Positions 1-12,816 of a stretch of DNA of 64,000 nucleotides are shown here, piece by piece. The translations under genes and the position numbers were made by a program. Under the pieces are notes generated by a model, which was not told where the DNA came from, did not search any database, and saw nothing but the letters and a program-made list of their open reading frames with translations. Origin of the DNA: Eledone cirrhosa (lineage: Eukaryota); assembly GCA_964016885.1 (NCBI GenBank), contig OZ024741.1:366544001-366608000 (forward strand), read 5' to 3'. Position 1 is the stretch's first letter. Each line of letters starts with the position of its first letter.

Positions 1-159
1 ACATTACATTTGATGTTATATAAAAACTTGGAGATATTGTATATATTAATGTGCCATACGGTGACCCCCTCTTTAAACTAGAATCTTCTGATCCAATACC
101 TTAAAAGCCTCTAAAACTAATAAACCTTAAAACCACTGGAAGGTTTCTTATGATATTAG

Positions 160-520
160 ATTCTTGACCATTTATTGAGATGCCATAAAAGATTCTCGGT
201 GAGTAAGTTTTCTGTTGAATGGACTGATACAAATGACATATTCCACATTTTACGTTTAGCTACAGTAATGAATAGGGATGGGGCGAAAGAAAGAATGGTT
301 GAGAAGTGGAATGGAATGGAATGGACTCTGTAAAAACCCATTCTTCCAATATAACCCGTCACGACCCTTATCAATGATCAATATATATAGTAAGAAAGCC
401 ATATAAGCCAACAAAACCATATGAAAGAAGAAGCTGACGTGACTGTTATTATTGTGTGTTTATAAAGATGTTTCATTTAGTACTGATGCACGATTGATAT
501 AGAAGACCGGTCACTGAAAG
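160..520 (+). pseudogene. Possible highly decayed PLE 3' end (GIY-YIG C-terminus-like peptide followed by a degenerate hammerhead motif)
   Basis: A + frame reads LDHLLRCHKRF...MNRDGAKERMVEKW, resembling the H..H..NRDxG..W end of PLE endonucleases. At 476-517, ttagta CTGATGC...GAAGA ccgg TC actga resembles a mutated HHR. Weak. Confidence 0.25.
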
Positions 521-804
521 TCTACCACTATTTCCTTCATTCCCCCTTCCTTCCATTCATCTGACCTTACACTTGCCAAATTATTATTGATCTTGTTAAT
601 ACGAGCATTAATGTTGTTTTTCTTGTTAATTCTCCTATCACTATTGTTGATTCCATTGTCCTTCTAGCTGCTCTATCGCTTCTATGTTTTATCTCCAGTC
701 ATTTACTAGCACAAATAAACCTATGTTGTGGCTGTAATCGATGAATTGAACTTACACACGAATATCTCAAAATTATTTCGGTATTGAATAAGTATGAGAT
801 GAAA

Positions 805-975
805 GCGGCGAAGTGGCAAAGTCGTTAGAACCTCAGATAAAGTGCTTCACGATATTTCTTTCGGCTCTTTCACGGTATTTCTTTCTTTCGCTGTGCTTTG
901 AGTTCAAATCCCGCTATGGTCAACTTTGTTCGTCATCTTTTCGAGGTTTATAAATAAATTACCAGTCAAGTATAT
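805..975 (+). mobile_element. tRNA-derived SINE with Meta-type central domain (old copy)
   Basis: A-box-like ggcgaagtggcaaagtcgttag, B-box gagttcaaatcc, then a degenerate GCCTTTCATCC...GATAAA..TACCAG domain. Confidence 0.7.
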
Positions 976-979
976 TTCA

Positions 980-1232
980 TGCATTCCCCTCTATCATTCT
1001 CTCTCACTCTCTCCCTTCTCTCTCTCCTCACTCTCTCTTCCCCCCCCCCTCCTCTTTCTCCTTTCTCTCTCACTCTCACTCTCTCACTTAATCTCTCTCC
1101 CATCTCCCCCTCTCTTTCTCACTCTTCTCTCTCTCTCCTATCTCTCCCTCTCTCTCCCCTCTCCCCCTTCTTTCTCTCTCCCCCGTCTCTCTTCTCTCTC
1201 TCTCTCTCTCTCTATGTCTCTGTCTCTCTCTC
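980..1232. repeat. (CT)n-rich low-complexity tract
   Basis: Degenerate pyrimidine dinucleotide repeat. Confidence 0.9.
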
Positions 1233-1485
1233 ATAAATACGCCACGTATCACTAAGGCACCCTTCATCTCTATCAGTGGAGGAAATCAGAAAGAATAGGA
1301 AATCAGAAGAAATACAACAAAGCAGTCTATCCGACTCATGCTCTAATGACTTAGTTATACATATATTTATGATATATATATATATGAAAAATATGGGGAG
1401 AAGAATACTGCATGGTTGCACATGGATTACATGTTATAAAATGAGTCCCTCATCAGTGATTTGCCAACGATCATTGGTATTTCAT

Positions 1486-1537
<52 letters not shown>

Positions 1538-1540
<3 letters not shown>

Positions 1541-1780
1541 TAAAGAAAACGAAAAATCAGTGATGCATCTGGACTTAATTTATTGCGTGTTACAATTGTT
1601 TCGGCGGCAGGTAGCTCGAGACATGGTACCTACCGCCGAAACAATTGTAACACGCAATAAATTGAGTCCAGATGCATCACTGATTTTTCGTTTTCTTTAT
1701 ACTATATACACTCTAATCTGCTGAATATCGAGTGGTAATTTCGGCATACCACCTATGGAAGCACCATAGCTACCATTATA
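1538..1780. mobile_element. (TA)n-embedded fold-back element (PLE-terminus-like); related fragments at 18481-18722
   Basis: About 75-bp inverted arms (1538-1613 / 1629-1703) with one arm extended to ...gctaccattata. Contains only the 3' half of an HHR (GAAA caattg TA acacgc). Confidence 0.7.
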
Positions 1781-1801
1781 CACAACTATATATATATATA
1801 T

Positions 1802-2330
1802 AGTATTAAGGATACTATTTATGGTTATGTATATACTAAAACCTTTTATAGTTATATATATTTTAAACCCTAAATAGTGAAAGACAGTAATTTATTACTA
1901 CCTTATTACCAGTAAGATAAATAACTCAATGTAATAACATCAGTTGTTCTACAGAGCAGTTATATAGAAATTACATGAATCAAAGTTCTGTTTAAACCAT
2001 TTATTCGCTTACAATTGTTTCTTCCGAACCTCGGAGCAATTTTTCAATGATTGTTTACATACATGTCTTCCTTTTCAACACAAGAGACATACAGAAACAT
2101 ATGTATATATTGATGCACAGTGGGTTGACATCCATTATAATATTTTAGCATAATGGATGTCAACCCACTGTGCATCAATATATACATATGTTTCTGTATG
2201 TCTCTTGTGTTGAAAAGGAGGTTATGTATGTAAACAATCATTGAAAAATTGCTCCGAAGACTCCAAACCTCGGTTTGGAAGAAACAATTGTAAGCGAATA
2301 AATGGTTTAAACAGAACTTTGATTCATGTA

Positions 2331-2335
<5 letters not shown>
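1802..2335. mobile_element. (TA)n-embedded fold-back element with hammerhead (family D)
   Basis: Inverted arms about 1968-2139 / 2150-2335, left arm extended to about 1802; (TA)n on both sides. Confidence 0.75.
2249..2297 (+). ncRNA. Minimal type-I hammerhead ribozyme motif, CCGAAGA core variant
   Basis: ttgct CCGAAGA ctccaaacc-tc-ggtttggaa GAAA caattg TA agcga: stem I, stem II and palindromic stem III are all present. Confidence 0.6.
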
Positions 2336-2422
<87 letters not shown>

Positions 2423-2543
2423 AAAGGGTTATTTAATTTGTTGATTGTTCAACAAATTTATTTATAACAGATTCGAAGCACTCTACAAGCTTCTTCAGGA
2501 GTATAATATCAATAATATTACTATCTTTATAAAACCATATTTA

Positions 2544-2599
2544 TTTTATTATATATAGTTCAAGGGTACCAAATTTTGGCACGCTCTCATCAGATAAAA
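2544..2599 (-). ncRNA. Hammerhead motif family B (decayed, GAAC)
   Basis: Reverse complement: ttttat CTGATGA gagcgtgccaaa..ttggtaccctt GAAC tatata TA ataaaa. Confidence 0.55.
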
Positions 2600-2719
2600 T
2601 ATAAAAGTTGTTTTACAGATAGTGACATATTCAAAACAAGAACTTATCGTTGTAAGTTCTGTTTGAATAGTCATATATATATATTATATATATATATACG
2701 AAAAAGTATATATATATAT

Positions 2720-3040
2720 AGGAAAAAGTATGACCCCGACAGCAGAGCTCAAGCCGTTTCAACGGCTATTTATTATAAGAACAGATTAAAGTTTAAGCAA
2801 AGAATCCCTGCTTTCACCCTCAACGGGATCTTCTGAAACTCTGTTGAAACGGCTTGAGCTCTGCCGTCGGAGTCATACTTTTTCCTATTTCCCACTCTAC
2901 TACCCTAAGTATTGAGTACTCTGGTGCGTTATGGTCCATCTGGTTCCTTACCACAATTCCTTTGTTATATATATATATGAGTCCAGAATTAGCCGTCGAA
3001 ACGGCTTGAGCTCAGCCGTCGGGGTCTTACTTGTTCCTAT
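2720..3040. mobile_element. (TA)n-embedded fold-back element family C (relatives at 5190-5490, 17890-18095, 27060-27160, 54600-54942)
   Basis: Inverted arms ggaaaaagtatgaccccgac.gcagagctcaagccgtttc and its reverse complement, with a shared extension ctaccctaagtattgagtactctggtg...ggttccttaccac in several copies. Confidence 0.75.
2788..2842 (-). ncRNA. Hammerhead motif family C, CAGAAGA core variant
   Basis: Reverse complement: agagttt CAGAAGA tccc-gttga-gggt GAAA gcagggattctttgc TT aaacttt; 7-bp stem I. Second copy at 5416-5470 (+). Confidence 0.6.
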
Positions 3041-3053
3041 ATATATGTATATA

Positions 3054-3142
<89 letters not shown>

Positions 3143-3733
3143 GCATAGAGAGGAAGCGAGAGGGAGAGAGAAATGAAGGTGTGTGTGTGTGTGTGTGTGT
3201 GTGTGCTTGCGCGCGTGAGTGTGTGTGTGTGCGTGTGTGTATCTGTCTGTATGTGTGTGTTTGTTTGTGTGTGTGTGCGCGCGCGCGTGGATGGGTGGGT
3301 GTGCGCGCGTGTGTGTGTGTGTGTGTGTGTGTGCAGTCGTAATATTCAAGGGTATGCGGTGCAGAATTACTGACTCGGTGTCTTAAATTCATATTTCACG
3401 AAAAACGTCTCATTTCCTCCTCGGACCTGACATCTTATCTTCCGGAGTTCAACTTACTTAGTTGTGTCTTTCCAGGAAGGTTATTTCTGGTTGGCTAGCG
3501 TCCTATTGTTTAAGAAGATTACTCTTAAATACATATCCTTGCTGTGCGACTGTGTGAGATATATATATATATATATATATGATATATATATATATGATAT
3601 ATATAATGTAGGAGGTGAGTTTTATTGTAGCACAATAAAGCAATGCAAATATCGGATAAGTAGCACTCTACAGTTTGTAGGACTGGAGTATAAATAATAT
3701 AAGATCAAAAGATGGTTAAAAGAGTTCCAAGTA

Positions 3734-3800
3734 TTTTATTATGCGCATTTCAAAAGCAAATATCATCATGGGATGATATCTGCGTTCTCATCAGATAAAA
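3734..3800 (-). ncRNA. Minimal type-I hammerhead ribozyme, canonical core (family A)
   Basis: Reverse complement: ttttat CTGATGA gaacgcagatatcatc-ccat-gatgatatttgctttt GAAA tgcgca TA ataaaa; palindromic stem III A-tgcgca-T. Confidence 0.8.
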
Positions 3801-3855
3801 TAGGGAGACATGATATGAAGCAAGTGTTTTTTAAGCTTCATATCATGTCTCCCTA

Positions 3856-3922
3856 TTTTATCTGATGAGAACGCAGATATCATCCCATGATGATATTTGT
3901 TTTTGAAATACGCATAATAAAA
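3856..3922 (+). ncRNA. Hammerhead ribozyme family A (opposite arm)
   Basis: ttttat CTGATGA ... GAAA tacgca TA ataaaa. Confidence 0.75.
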
Positions 3923-3972
3923 TACTTGGAACTCTTTTAACCATCTTTTGATCTTATATTATGATATATATA

Positions 3973-4940
<968 letters not shown>

Positions 4941-4981
4941 GATATTAACAAATGGAAACTATATTTATAAAACCATATTTA

Positions 4982-5042
4982 TTTCATTATACATATTTCA
5001 AGGACACCAAGTTAAATTATGGTGTGCTTTCATCAGATAAAA
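4982..5042 (-). ncRNA. Hammerhead ribozyme family B
   Basis: Reverse complement: ttttat CTGATGA aagcacacca-taatttaact-tggtgtcctt GAAA tatgta TA atgaaa. The host fragment 4939-5110 abuts (TA)n. Confidence 0.7.
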
Positions 5043-5415
5043 TATAATATAGAGCAGTTTTATAAATAAATATAAATAAATATTGACATACCCTTAAAGA
5101 ATACAACCATTACTGTTGGAAGCTCAAGGATAGTGGGGTTATAGCATTATTTTCATATATATTTTCATTATTATATATATATATATATATATAAAGAGTC
5201 GGGGTCCGACGGCTGAGCTCTTGCCGTTTCGGAGTCTGAGACTATCTGTTGAAATGGCAAGAGCTCAGTCGTCGGGGTCCTGATTCTTTATAATATGGCC
5301 ATAATCTACTACCCCAAGTATCGCGTACTTTGTTGAGTAATGGTCTAACTAGTTTTAAACTGTTTCTATCTTGATGTATATATATAAACCCGTAGAACAA
5401 ATATTTATTAAGAAC

Positions 5416-5470
5416 AGAGTTTCAGAAGATGCCGTTGAGGGTGAAAGCAGCGATTCTTTGCTTTAACTTT
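5416..5470 (+). ncRNA. Hammerhead motif family C, second copy (CAGAAGA)
   Basis: agagttt CAGAAGA tgccgttgagggt GAAA gcagcgattctttgc TT taacttt. Confidence 0.5.
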
Positions 5471-5488
5471 AATCTGTTCTTATAATAA

Positions 5489-5532
<44 letters not shown>

Positions 5533-5803
5533 ATCTATTTATGTGTGTTTGTATGTATATGAGTGTAAATATATATGTATATATTTATCTACATATGTAT
5601 ATTTATAGATATATGTATACATATGTAGAGAGCGAACATGTGTGAGTGAGTGGTTGATGCTGGGTGTGTTTGTGTGTGTCTATGGATGTATATGAATGTA
5701 TAGGCTTTAATTCTAGTTACCACACGCATACATTAGACACAACAGTTTTACTTAAGGTCTACACTCTTACATTTATTTATGTTAAAATAAAGATATTGTA
5801 TAC

Positions 5804-5883
<80 letters not shown>

Positions 5884-5887
5884 GTGC

Positions 5888-5968
<81 letters not shown>

Positions 5969-6028
5969 TGCGTGTGTGTGTGAGTGCGTGTGTGAGAATG
6001 TGTGTGTGTGTGAGTGTGTCTGTGCAAA

Positions 6029-6325
6029 GGCGCATGGCTTAGTGGTTATAGCGTTGGGCTTACAATCAAGAGGTTGAGAGTTCGATTCTCGGATCTGGTG
6101 AAACGTTGTGTCCTTGAGCATGATAGTTTATTTTACTACTCAGCTGTAGAAATGAGTTGCGACGTCACGGGTGCCATGCTGTATCGGTCATGGCCTTTCC
6201 CTAGGACATAATCGGTGACGTGGAGAGAGGAGTCTGGTATGCATGGGCGACTGCTGGTCTTCCACAAATAACCTTGCCCAGTCTTGTGCCTTGGAGGGGA
6301 ACTTTCTAGGTGCAAAACCATGGTG
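6029..6325 (+). mobile_element. tRNA-derived CORE-type SINE
   Basis: A box ggcttagtggtt, B box gagttcgattc, CORE-like gttgtgtccttgagca. Confidence 0.75.
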
Positions 6326-6874
6326 ATTAAAAATAAATATATATACATAGTACTTAAAATATTCAAATATTAACTAAATTAACACTCGATACAAGCGAAT
6401 GTAAATTACATTTTCTGTGTAGAAAAACGGTAGTGACGTCGAACTTTCAGCTAGGTCACTTCACTTGCTAGACAGACGTAGCGAAGAAGCTGAAACTTCG
6501 AAGTCACTGTTACTTTTCTTCTGAGAATATATATATATATATATATATATACGCGCGCGCGCACTTATCACTGCCTTAAGTCTTATTCCAAGCTTCATAT
6601 ATATATGATATAGACATACCATTAAATATATCAAGTATCATTTGGCAAAGCAACTGAAAGTAACTGGAAGAAATTATGTTTGCTGTTGTTGTTGTTGTTG
6701 ATGTTCAACCTCTATTGACTTTTGCCAACGTCTGACATTAACAATGTTTCGTAATTTGAGATTCTCATTTAACTATTGCCCGGCATCTGTGGTTACTCGT
6801 ATTGCAGATGGGAGGACTTGACTGAATGGAACGGAGAAGATAAAAATGAAATAAAACTAATAATAATAACTCTT

Positions 6875-8090
6875 ACTAACACTGATACAAGGCCAGCAAT
6901 TTGAAGGAACATGGAAAGTGGATTAAATCGACCCAGTGCGTTACTGGTATTTTATTTTATCGATCTCGGAAAGATGAACGGCAAAGTTGACCTCGGCTGG
7001 ATTTCCACTCCAAAAGAAGAAAATATTTTAACTAAATACAGCTGTGTTTTGTCCGATACTTCAGTCACAGCCAATCCATCGCCCTTAATAAGAGTTTCTA
7101 ATATTGGCACAATGCCAGCTGTTTGGGGATGAGGAAAAACTCGATTGTATTAACCTCAGTACTTGACAGGTACTTTATTTTATCGACTCCTGAAAAAAAA
7201 AAGCAAAATTAACTATGGTGGGTTTGGGCACAGACCACTGGAACGAATACTGCAAAGTATTCCGTCTAACTTTCTAACAATTCCGCCAACCCCCCGTTCT
7301 AATAATTGTTTCTACTTTGGCACAAGGCCATCAATTATCCAGTGCATTACTGGTATTTTATTTTATCGACCCCGTAAGGATGAAAGGCAAAGTTAACCTC
7401 GGCGGGATTTGAACTCAGACCGTAAAGGGACGTGACTATGCTGGAAAGCATGGCGTCCGACCCTCTACCGATACTGCCAATCCACCACCCTCTTTGCCAC
7501 CGTTCTAATAATGGTCTCACATTTAGTCATCAATTTTGGAGGAAAGGGAAAGTCGGTTACGTCAACCCCTGTACTTTACTGGTACTTTATTTTATCGACT
7601 TGGGAAGGATGACAGCCAAAACCTAACCTCAGTGGGATTTCAAATTAGAACGTAAAGTGGCAGAATAAAGACATCAAAGTATTTATTCTAACTCTTAACC
7701 GCTTTGCCAATAATGATTGTTTCTACTTTTGGCACAAGTCCAGCAATTACCCAGTGCATTACTGGTACTTTATTTTATCAACCCCGTAAGGATGAAAGGT
7801 AAAGTTAACCTCGGCGGGATTTGAACTCAGAACACAAAAGGGCCGTAACTCTACACTACTAAGCTTGTTGTCCGACGCTCTACCAATCCTTCCAATCCAC
7901 CATAATAATTGTTTCTAACATAGGCACAAGATGTAGAAGTGTTACTCGATTAAATCAACCCCTCTATTTCACTAATACTTTATTCTATTGACCACATAAC
8001 GGTGAAAAGCAAAACTGATCTGAACCGGTTTGAACGCAGATTGTAAACTACAAGGCAATTTCCCAACGCTCTAAGGATCCAGGCAAGTTC
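6875..8090 (-). mobile_element. Cluster of about six same-orientation Meta-domain tRNA SINEs
   Basis: Repeated ...ggcacaaggcc...actggtactttattttatcgaccccgtaaggatgaaaggcaaagttaacctcggcgggatttgaactc... blocks at about 6875, 7095, 7303, 7505, 7715 and 7905. Confidence 0.85.
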
Positions 8091-8124
8091 ACTGTCAAAT
8101 CAAAGTACAGTGATATTTCCTTAA

Positions 8125-8344
8125 CCCTTTAATGTTCAAACTGGCCAAAACCGGCCAGAATTCTCTACCTCTTTCTGTTGAAACTGGATGTAACTGGCCA
8201 CTTATACTGATGTTAAGGTATTGTTCTCAAAATAAATACTTTCAAAATCTCATAGATTCGATATTATGTGAGATAATTATGCGAGGTAAAGCCTTTACCA
8301 TGAAAATATAATAGTAAATATAGAGTAATGTGAACGCTAAAGGG
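8125..8344. mobile_element. piggyBac-like MITE
   Basis: TTAA on both sides (8121-8124, 8345-8348); TIRs ccctttaatgttca / tgaacgctaaaggg. Partial second copy at about 53187-53335. Confidence 0.8.
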
Positions 8345-8577
8345 TTAAGAAAAATATTTTCTTATTCATTCATGAATTATCCCCCTTTTATATTTGACTC
8401 ATGCGGTCCTTATTGAGTATTGAAACAAAGGCGCCTCGTCGCCGTCTTGAATTATTTTGATTGTATAGTTCTACATGGTGATCTGGCTGGTTGACAATTC
8501 GTGAAACTTAAAGAAAGAACAGACAGAAGGCATCATACGGATACATATATGTGAGTGTGTGGATGTGTGTGTAAATT

Positions 8578-9187
8578 CGCGTGGCTTACTGGTTAGTTTG
8601 TTCAGCTCAGGATAGTAAGCTCGTGATTTCGATTCTGGCGTGGTGTTGTGTCTTTGAACAAGACACTGTATAATTCCAGTTGCTCTATCCCAGTAATTGG
8701 CAACCTGCGGCCTGCGAAGCTTTCTGAATGGCTCGCCTAAGTCACCTAAGTGAAATCTTTCCGATTTTTTTACCCCAACTTTTCAGTCGTTATTTATCTT
8801 TCTATCATTTTTACGATCCAGGAAAACAACGTGTACGAATTCTGAAGAAACAAATCAAAACAACCTGAGTTACCACCCTTTTTTTAATGTGGGCATGAAT
8901 GTAAATTAGCGCTTGCGGCCCGCCAGATGATGAGCCATATCATATGCGGCCCGCTTCTCGAAAAAGGTTGCCCATGCCTGGTCTATTCAATCAGTTGGTT
9001 AATATGAGCTCTTTCTTTAATTTAGAGGGCCGGACTTCTTACACACTGTTTCTCGTTGTATATCCTCGACAACTAAACTAACAACGTACATGGAATACTC
9101 AGCCACATTGCATGTAAATTTTATGAGCTGGCTGCTCCGTTGTCTAAACAACTAGAACATTCATCGTCAGAACCGACGGAAGTCCAT
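8578..9187 (+). mobile_element. CORE-type SINE interrupted by a hAT MITE
   Basis: Head and CORE (ttgtgtctttgaacaagacac) lie before 8690; the tail (...tcatcgtcagaaccgacggaagtcca) resumes after 8981. Confidence 0.65.
8691..8980. mobile_element. hAT-like MITE
   Basis: Ends cagtaattggcaacc...ggttgcccatgcctg with subterminal gcggccc motifs; degenerate 8-bp TSD ctctatcc / gtctattc. Confidence 0.7.
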
Positions 9188-9526
9188 CTACATATGTATG
9201 CGTGTCTATGTGTGTGTCTGTGTGCATATATGTGTGTCTATGTGTTTACAAGTGGGTGTGTATGCGGGCATGACTAAGTGTGTGTATAAGTGGGTGTGTA
9301 TGTGCGTATGACTAAGTGGGTATAAGTGGGTGTGTATGTGCGCATGACTAAGCGTGTGTCTGTCTGTGTGTATAGCTTATTATATCACTATGTTCATTTT
9401 ATTATGCATTCTATTGTATAATTGATTTCTGTATACACATTTCCATACAAACATTTGCATTCGCCATTCTAGATTTTTCAGATAAACGAATATATTCATA
9501 TATATCGCCTACTATATCATTGTAAG

Positions 9527-9614
9527 CATACATACATACGTCTTACGTACATACATACATACATACATACATACATACATACATACATACATACATACAT
9601 ACATACATACATAC

Positions 9615-9645
<31 letters not shown>

Positions 9646-10495
9646 CATACATACATACATACATACATACATACATACATACATACATACATACATACAT
9701 ACGTTCGTACATACATACATACATACATACATACATACATACATACATACATACATACATACATACATACGTACGTACGTACGTACATACATACATACAT
9801 ACATACATACATACATACATACATACATACGTACGTACGTACGTACATACATACATACATACATACATACATACATACATACATACATACATACATACAT
9901 ACATACATACATACATACGTTCGTACATACATACATACATACATACATACATACATACATACGTACGTACGTACGTACATACATACATACATACATACAT
10001 ACATACATACATACATACGTACGTACGTACGTACATACATACATACATACATACATACATACATACATACATACATACATACATACATACGTACGTACGT
10101 ACGTACATACATACATACATACATACATACATACATACATACATACATACATACATACGTACGTTCGTACATACATACATACATACATACATACATACAT
10201 ACATACATACGTACGTACGTACGTACGTACATACATACATACATACATACATACATACATACATACATACATACATACATACATACATACATACATACAT
10301 ACGTATGTATGTACATACGTACGCACATACATACGTACGTATGTATGTACATACGTACGCACATACACACATACGTACGTATGTATGTACATACGTACGA
10401 ACATACATACATACGTTCGTACGTACGTATGTACATACGTACGTACATACATACATACATACATACATACATACATACATACATACATACATACA
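9527..10495. repeat. About 1-kb (CATA)n/(CGTA)n tetranucleotide array (expanded RTE-type tail)
   Basis: Direct reading; periodic cgta/cgtt variants. Confidence 0.95.
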
Positions 10496-10575
10496 TGGTG
10501 GCTCCCAACTCGTTTTCGAGTACGGCCACTACTTTATATCCATGTAGGAGAACCCCTACCGATGCGCTGAACGAG
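10496..10575 (-). mobile_element. 3' end of non-autonomous RTE-derived family N2
   Basis: Matches 42351-42430 and 45022-45103, including the terminal hairpin gtggc..ctcg-aaaa-cgag..gccac. Confidence 0.8.
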
Positions 10576-10614
10576 ATACATACATACATACATACATACA
10601 TACATACATACATA

Positions 10615-10811
10615 CATGATGATGGTTGCCCCCTCGTTATCGAGTATGGCCATTGCACGAGAAAAAAATATATATATATATATACATATATACATATATT
10701 TTAATAACAATAATAATAATAATAACAGCAATAATAATAACGACAACAACAACAATAAAAATATACATATATATATACACATACACACACACGCACACAC
10801 ATAAACATATC

Positions 10812-10880
<69 letters not shown>

Positions 10881-12005
10881 GATAGCAACTAACAGCGCTC
10901 CGATCGAATGTGGCTTTTTAGCCCAGCCAATGATCTAAAATGTCTTGCACAGAGTCGGCAACCAAAACATTCACTGGGAATAGTCGGCTGTGGTTGGAGT
11001 TCGTGTACTTTTGCATGTCGCTTGAGCCCTCCTGCTGATTTACATTCTCTACCACATGTTTGGCAAGCATGATGAGTAGCATCTCCAACAGCAGCCTGGT
11101 AGTCAACCACTGGTCTTACTTTATGACTGCGAAGATGACTTTCGAGTCCAGCATTGCTTAGGCAGAGTCTCGCACAAACGCTGCATGTCAGCACCATAGG
11201 AGGACCCTCTCCGTCTGGAAGTGCAACAGCAATACCCTTCCTCACATCCCGCTTTACTTTCTCGTATGCGATTCGAGATGCCTCAAAGGCAACTTTTCCC
11301 TCATATACAGTCTTTCTCCATTTATTACGATCAGCAGCAATATTCTCCCATGTATCAGCAGCGATGTTAGCGTCTTTCAGAGAGGCTTTCAAGGAATCCT
11401 TATACCTCTTTTTTGGTTTATGTGGCGGTCGTTTTCCTTTAACTAACTCTCCATAAAAGAGTTGTTTTGGTATTCTAGAATCCTTCATCCTGGCAAGGTG
11501 ACCACTCCAACGGAGTCGTTGCTTAAGCACAAGAGCTTCTATACTGTCACACATAGAGCTTTCCAAAATCTCGATATCACTGATGTGGTCTCTCCATTGA
11601 ATGCCATGGATCCGTCTGAGACACATCTGATGGAAACGCTCCAATTGCTTAAGGTGGTGTCGATATGTGACCCAGGTCTCGCAGGCATAAAGAAGAGAAG
11701 AGAGCACACATGCCTTGTACACCTTTACCTTTGTCCTCCTGCATATGTCTCGCCGATCCCAGAGTCGCCTTTCTAGCTTTCCGAAAGCATCACCTGCTTT
11801 CCTAATCCTAAGTGAGATTTCCCTATCAAGGTTGCTGTATCGATTGACAGTGCTTCCCAGGTAGACAAACTGATCAACCACTCCAAGTCGTTTACCATAC
11901 ACATAGATATTTGGTTCACTGTACTGCTTACCAGGGGCAGGTTGGTACATGACGACGGTTTTCTTGAGACTGACAGTCAATACTAGGGCAGTGCAAGCGT
12001 CAGAA
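10615..12005 (-). mobile_element. 5'-truncated RTE LINE copy (RT C-terminus plus 3 C2H2 zinc fingers and 3' UTR); coding 10889-12005
   Basis: FSDACTALVLTVSLKKT...YLGS...LRWSGHLARM...RPPHKPKKRYKD...CxxC-H fingers, nearly identical to the 12817-13930 copy. Ends in a hairpin and (ATGT)n tail. Confidence 0.92.
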
Positions 12006-12159
12006 AAAAATTCATACATACATACATACATACATACATACATACATACATACATACATACATACATACATACATACATACATACATCATACATGATGGC
12101 TGCCCCCTCGTTATCGAGTATGGCCATTGCACGAGAAGAAAAAAAGTAAAATAAAATAA

Positions 12160-12195
<36 letters not shown>

Positions 12196-12215
12196 AATTA
12201 AATTAAAAAAAAAAG

Positions 12216-12293
<78 letters not shown>

Positions 12294-12297
<4 letters not shown>

Positions 12298-12511
12298 AAA
12301 AAGAGATGAAATCGAAAATGCAACTGAAGTCTTATTTTTTTTTTAAATATATATATTTATTTGGTTCCTTTACCGGTTCCGCAGTTCTTCTGCTTTTCAA
12401 AAGGTGAGTTGATATGGAGGATCTGTGGTTTTTCTTTATACTTTCACTCGTGTAGGACACCGGTTATTTTTCATTTTGTAAAAAAAAAAAAAAAAAAAAA
12501 CCTAACTTTCT
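12294..12511. mobile_element. Hammerhead-bearing PLE-type fragment (family E) inserted in (TA)n of the RTE 3' UTR
   Basis: Flanked by (TA)n, absent from the sister RTE 3' UTR, and a rearranged homologue of 61261-61470. Confidence 0.8.
12367..12404 (-). ncRNA. Hammerhead motif family E, U3-A8 core (GGAA-mutated copy)
   Basis: Reverse complement: cctt TTGAAAA gcag-aagaa-ctgc GGAA ccgg TA aagg. Confidence 0.6.
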
Positions 12512-12609
12512 AATATATATATATATATATATATACATACATACATATATACATACACACATACATATACATACACACACACATATACACACACACATAC
12601 ATTAATAAC

Positions 12610-12679
<70 letters not shown>

Positions 12680-12758
12680 GCAATAATAATAATAACAACA
12701 ACAACAATAATAATATACATATTCATATATATATACACACACACGCACACACATAAGC

Positions 12759-12810
<52 letters not shown>

Positions 12811-12816
12811 TAGCAA

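Larger units (their letters stand above)
3605..3963. mobile_element. (TA)n-embedded fold-back element with two outward-facing hammerheads (family A)
   Basis: About 125-bp inverted arms (about 3695-3821 / 3834-3962), left arm extended to about 3605. Confidence 0.8.

Noticed and set aside
2470-2505. Minus-strand CTGAAGA agc..gct..GAAT motif
   Set aside because: Too degenerate, with no convincing stem I or stem III.
6029-6100. tRNA genes at SINE heads
   Set aside because: A and B boxes are present but continue into CORE or Meta SINE bodies, and there is no intact cloverleaf.
6420-6520. Imperfect hairpin before (TA)n
   Set aside because: Short, degenerate, with no paralogue or ribozyme core in the window.
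9527-10495. CRISPR-like or coded array from periodic CGTA variants
   Set aside because: There are no unique spacers; slippage or unequal exchange in a tetranucleotide repeat explains it.
10889-12127. 412-aa ORF read as a novel fusion protein
   Set aside because: Its N-terminus is the upstream RTE's hairpin and tail read in frame by chance into the truncated sister copy.
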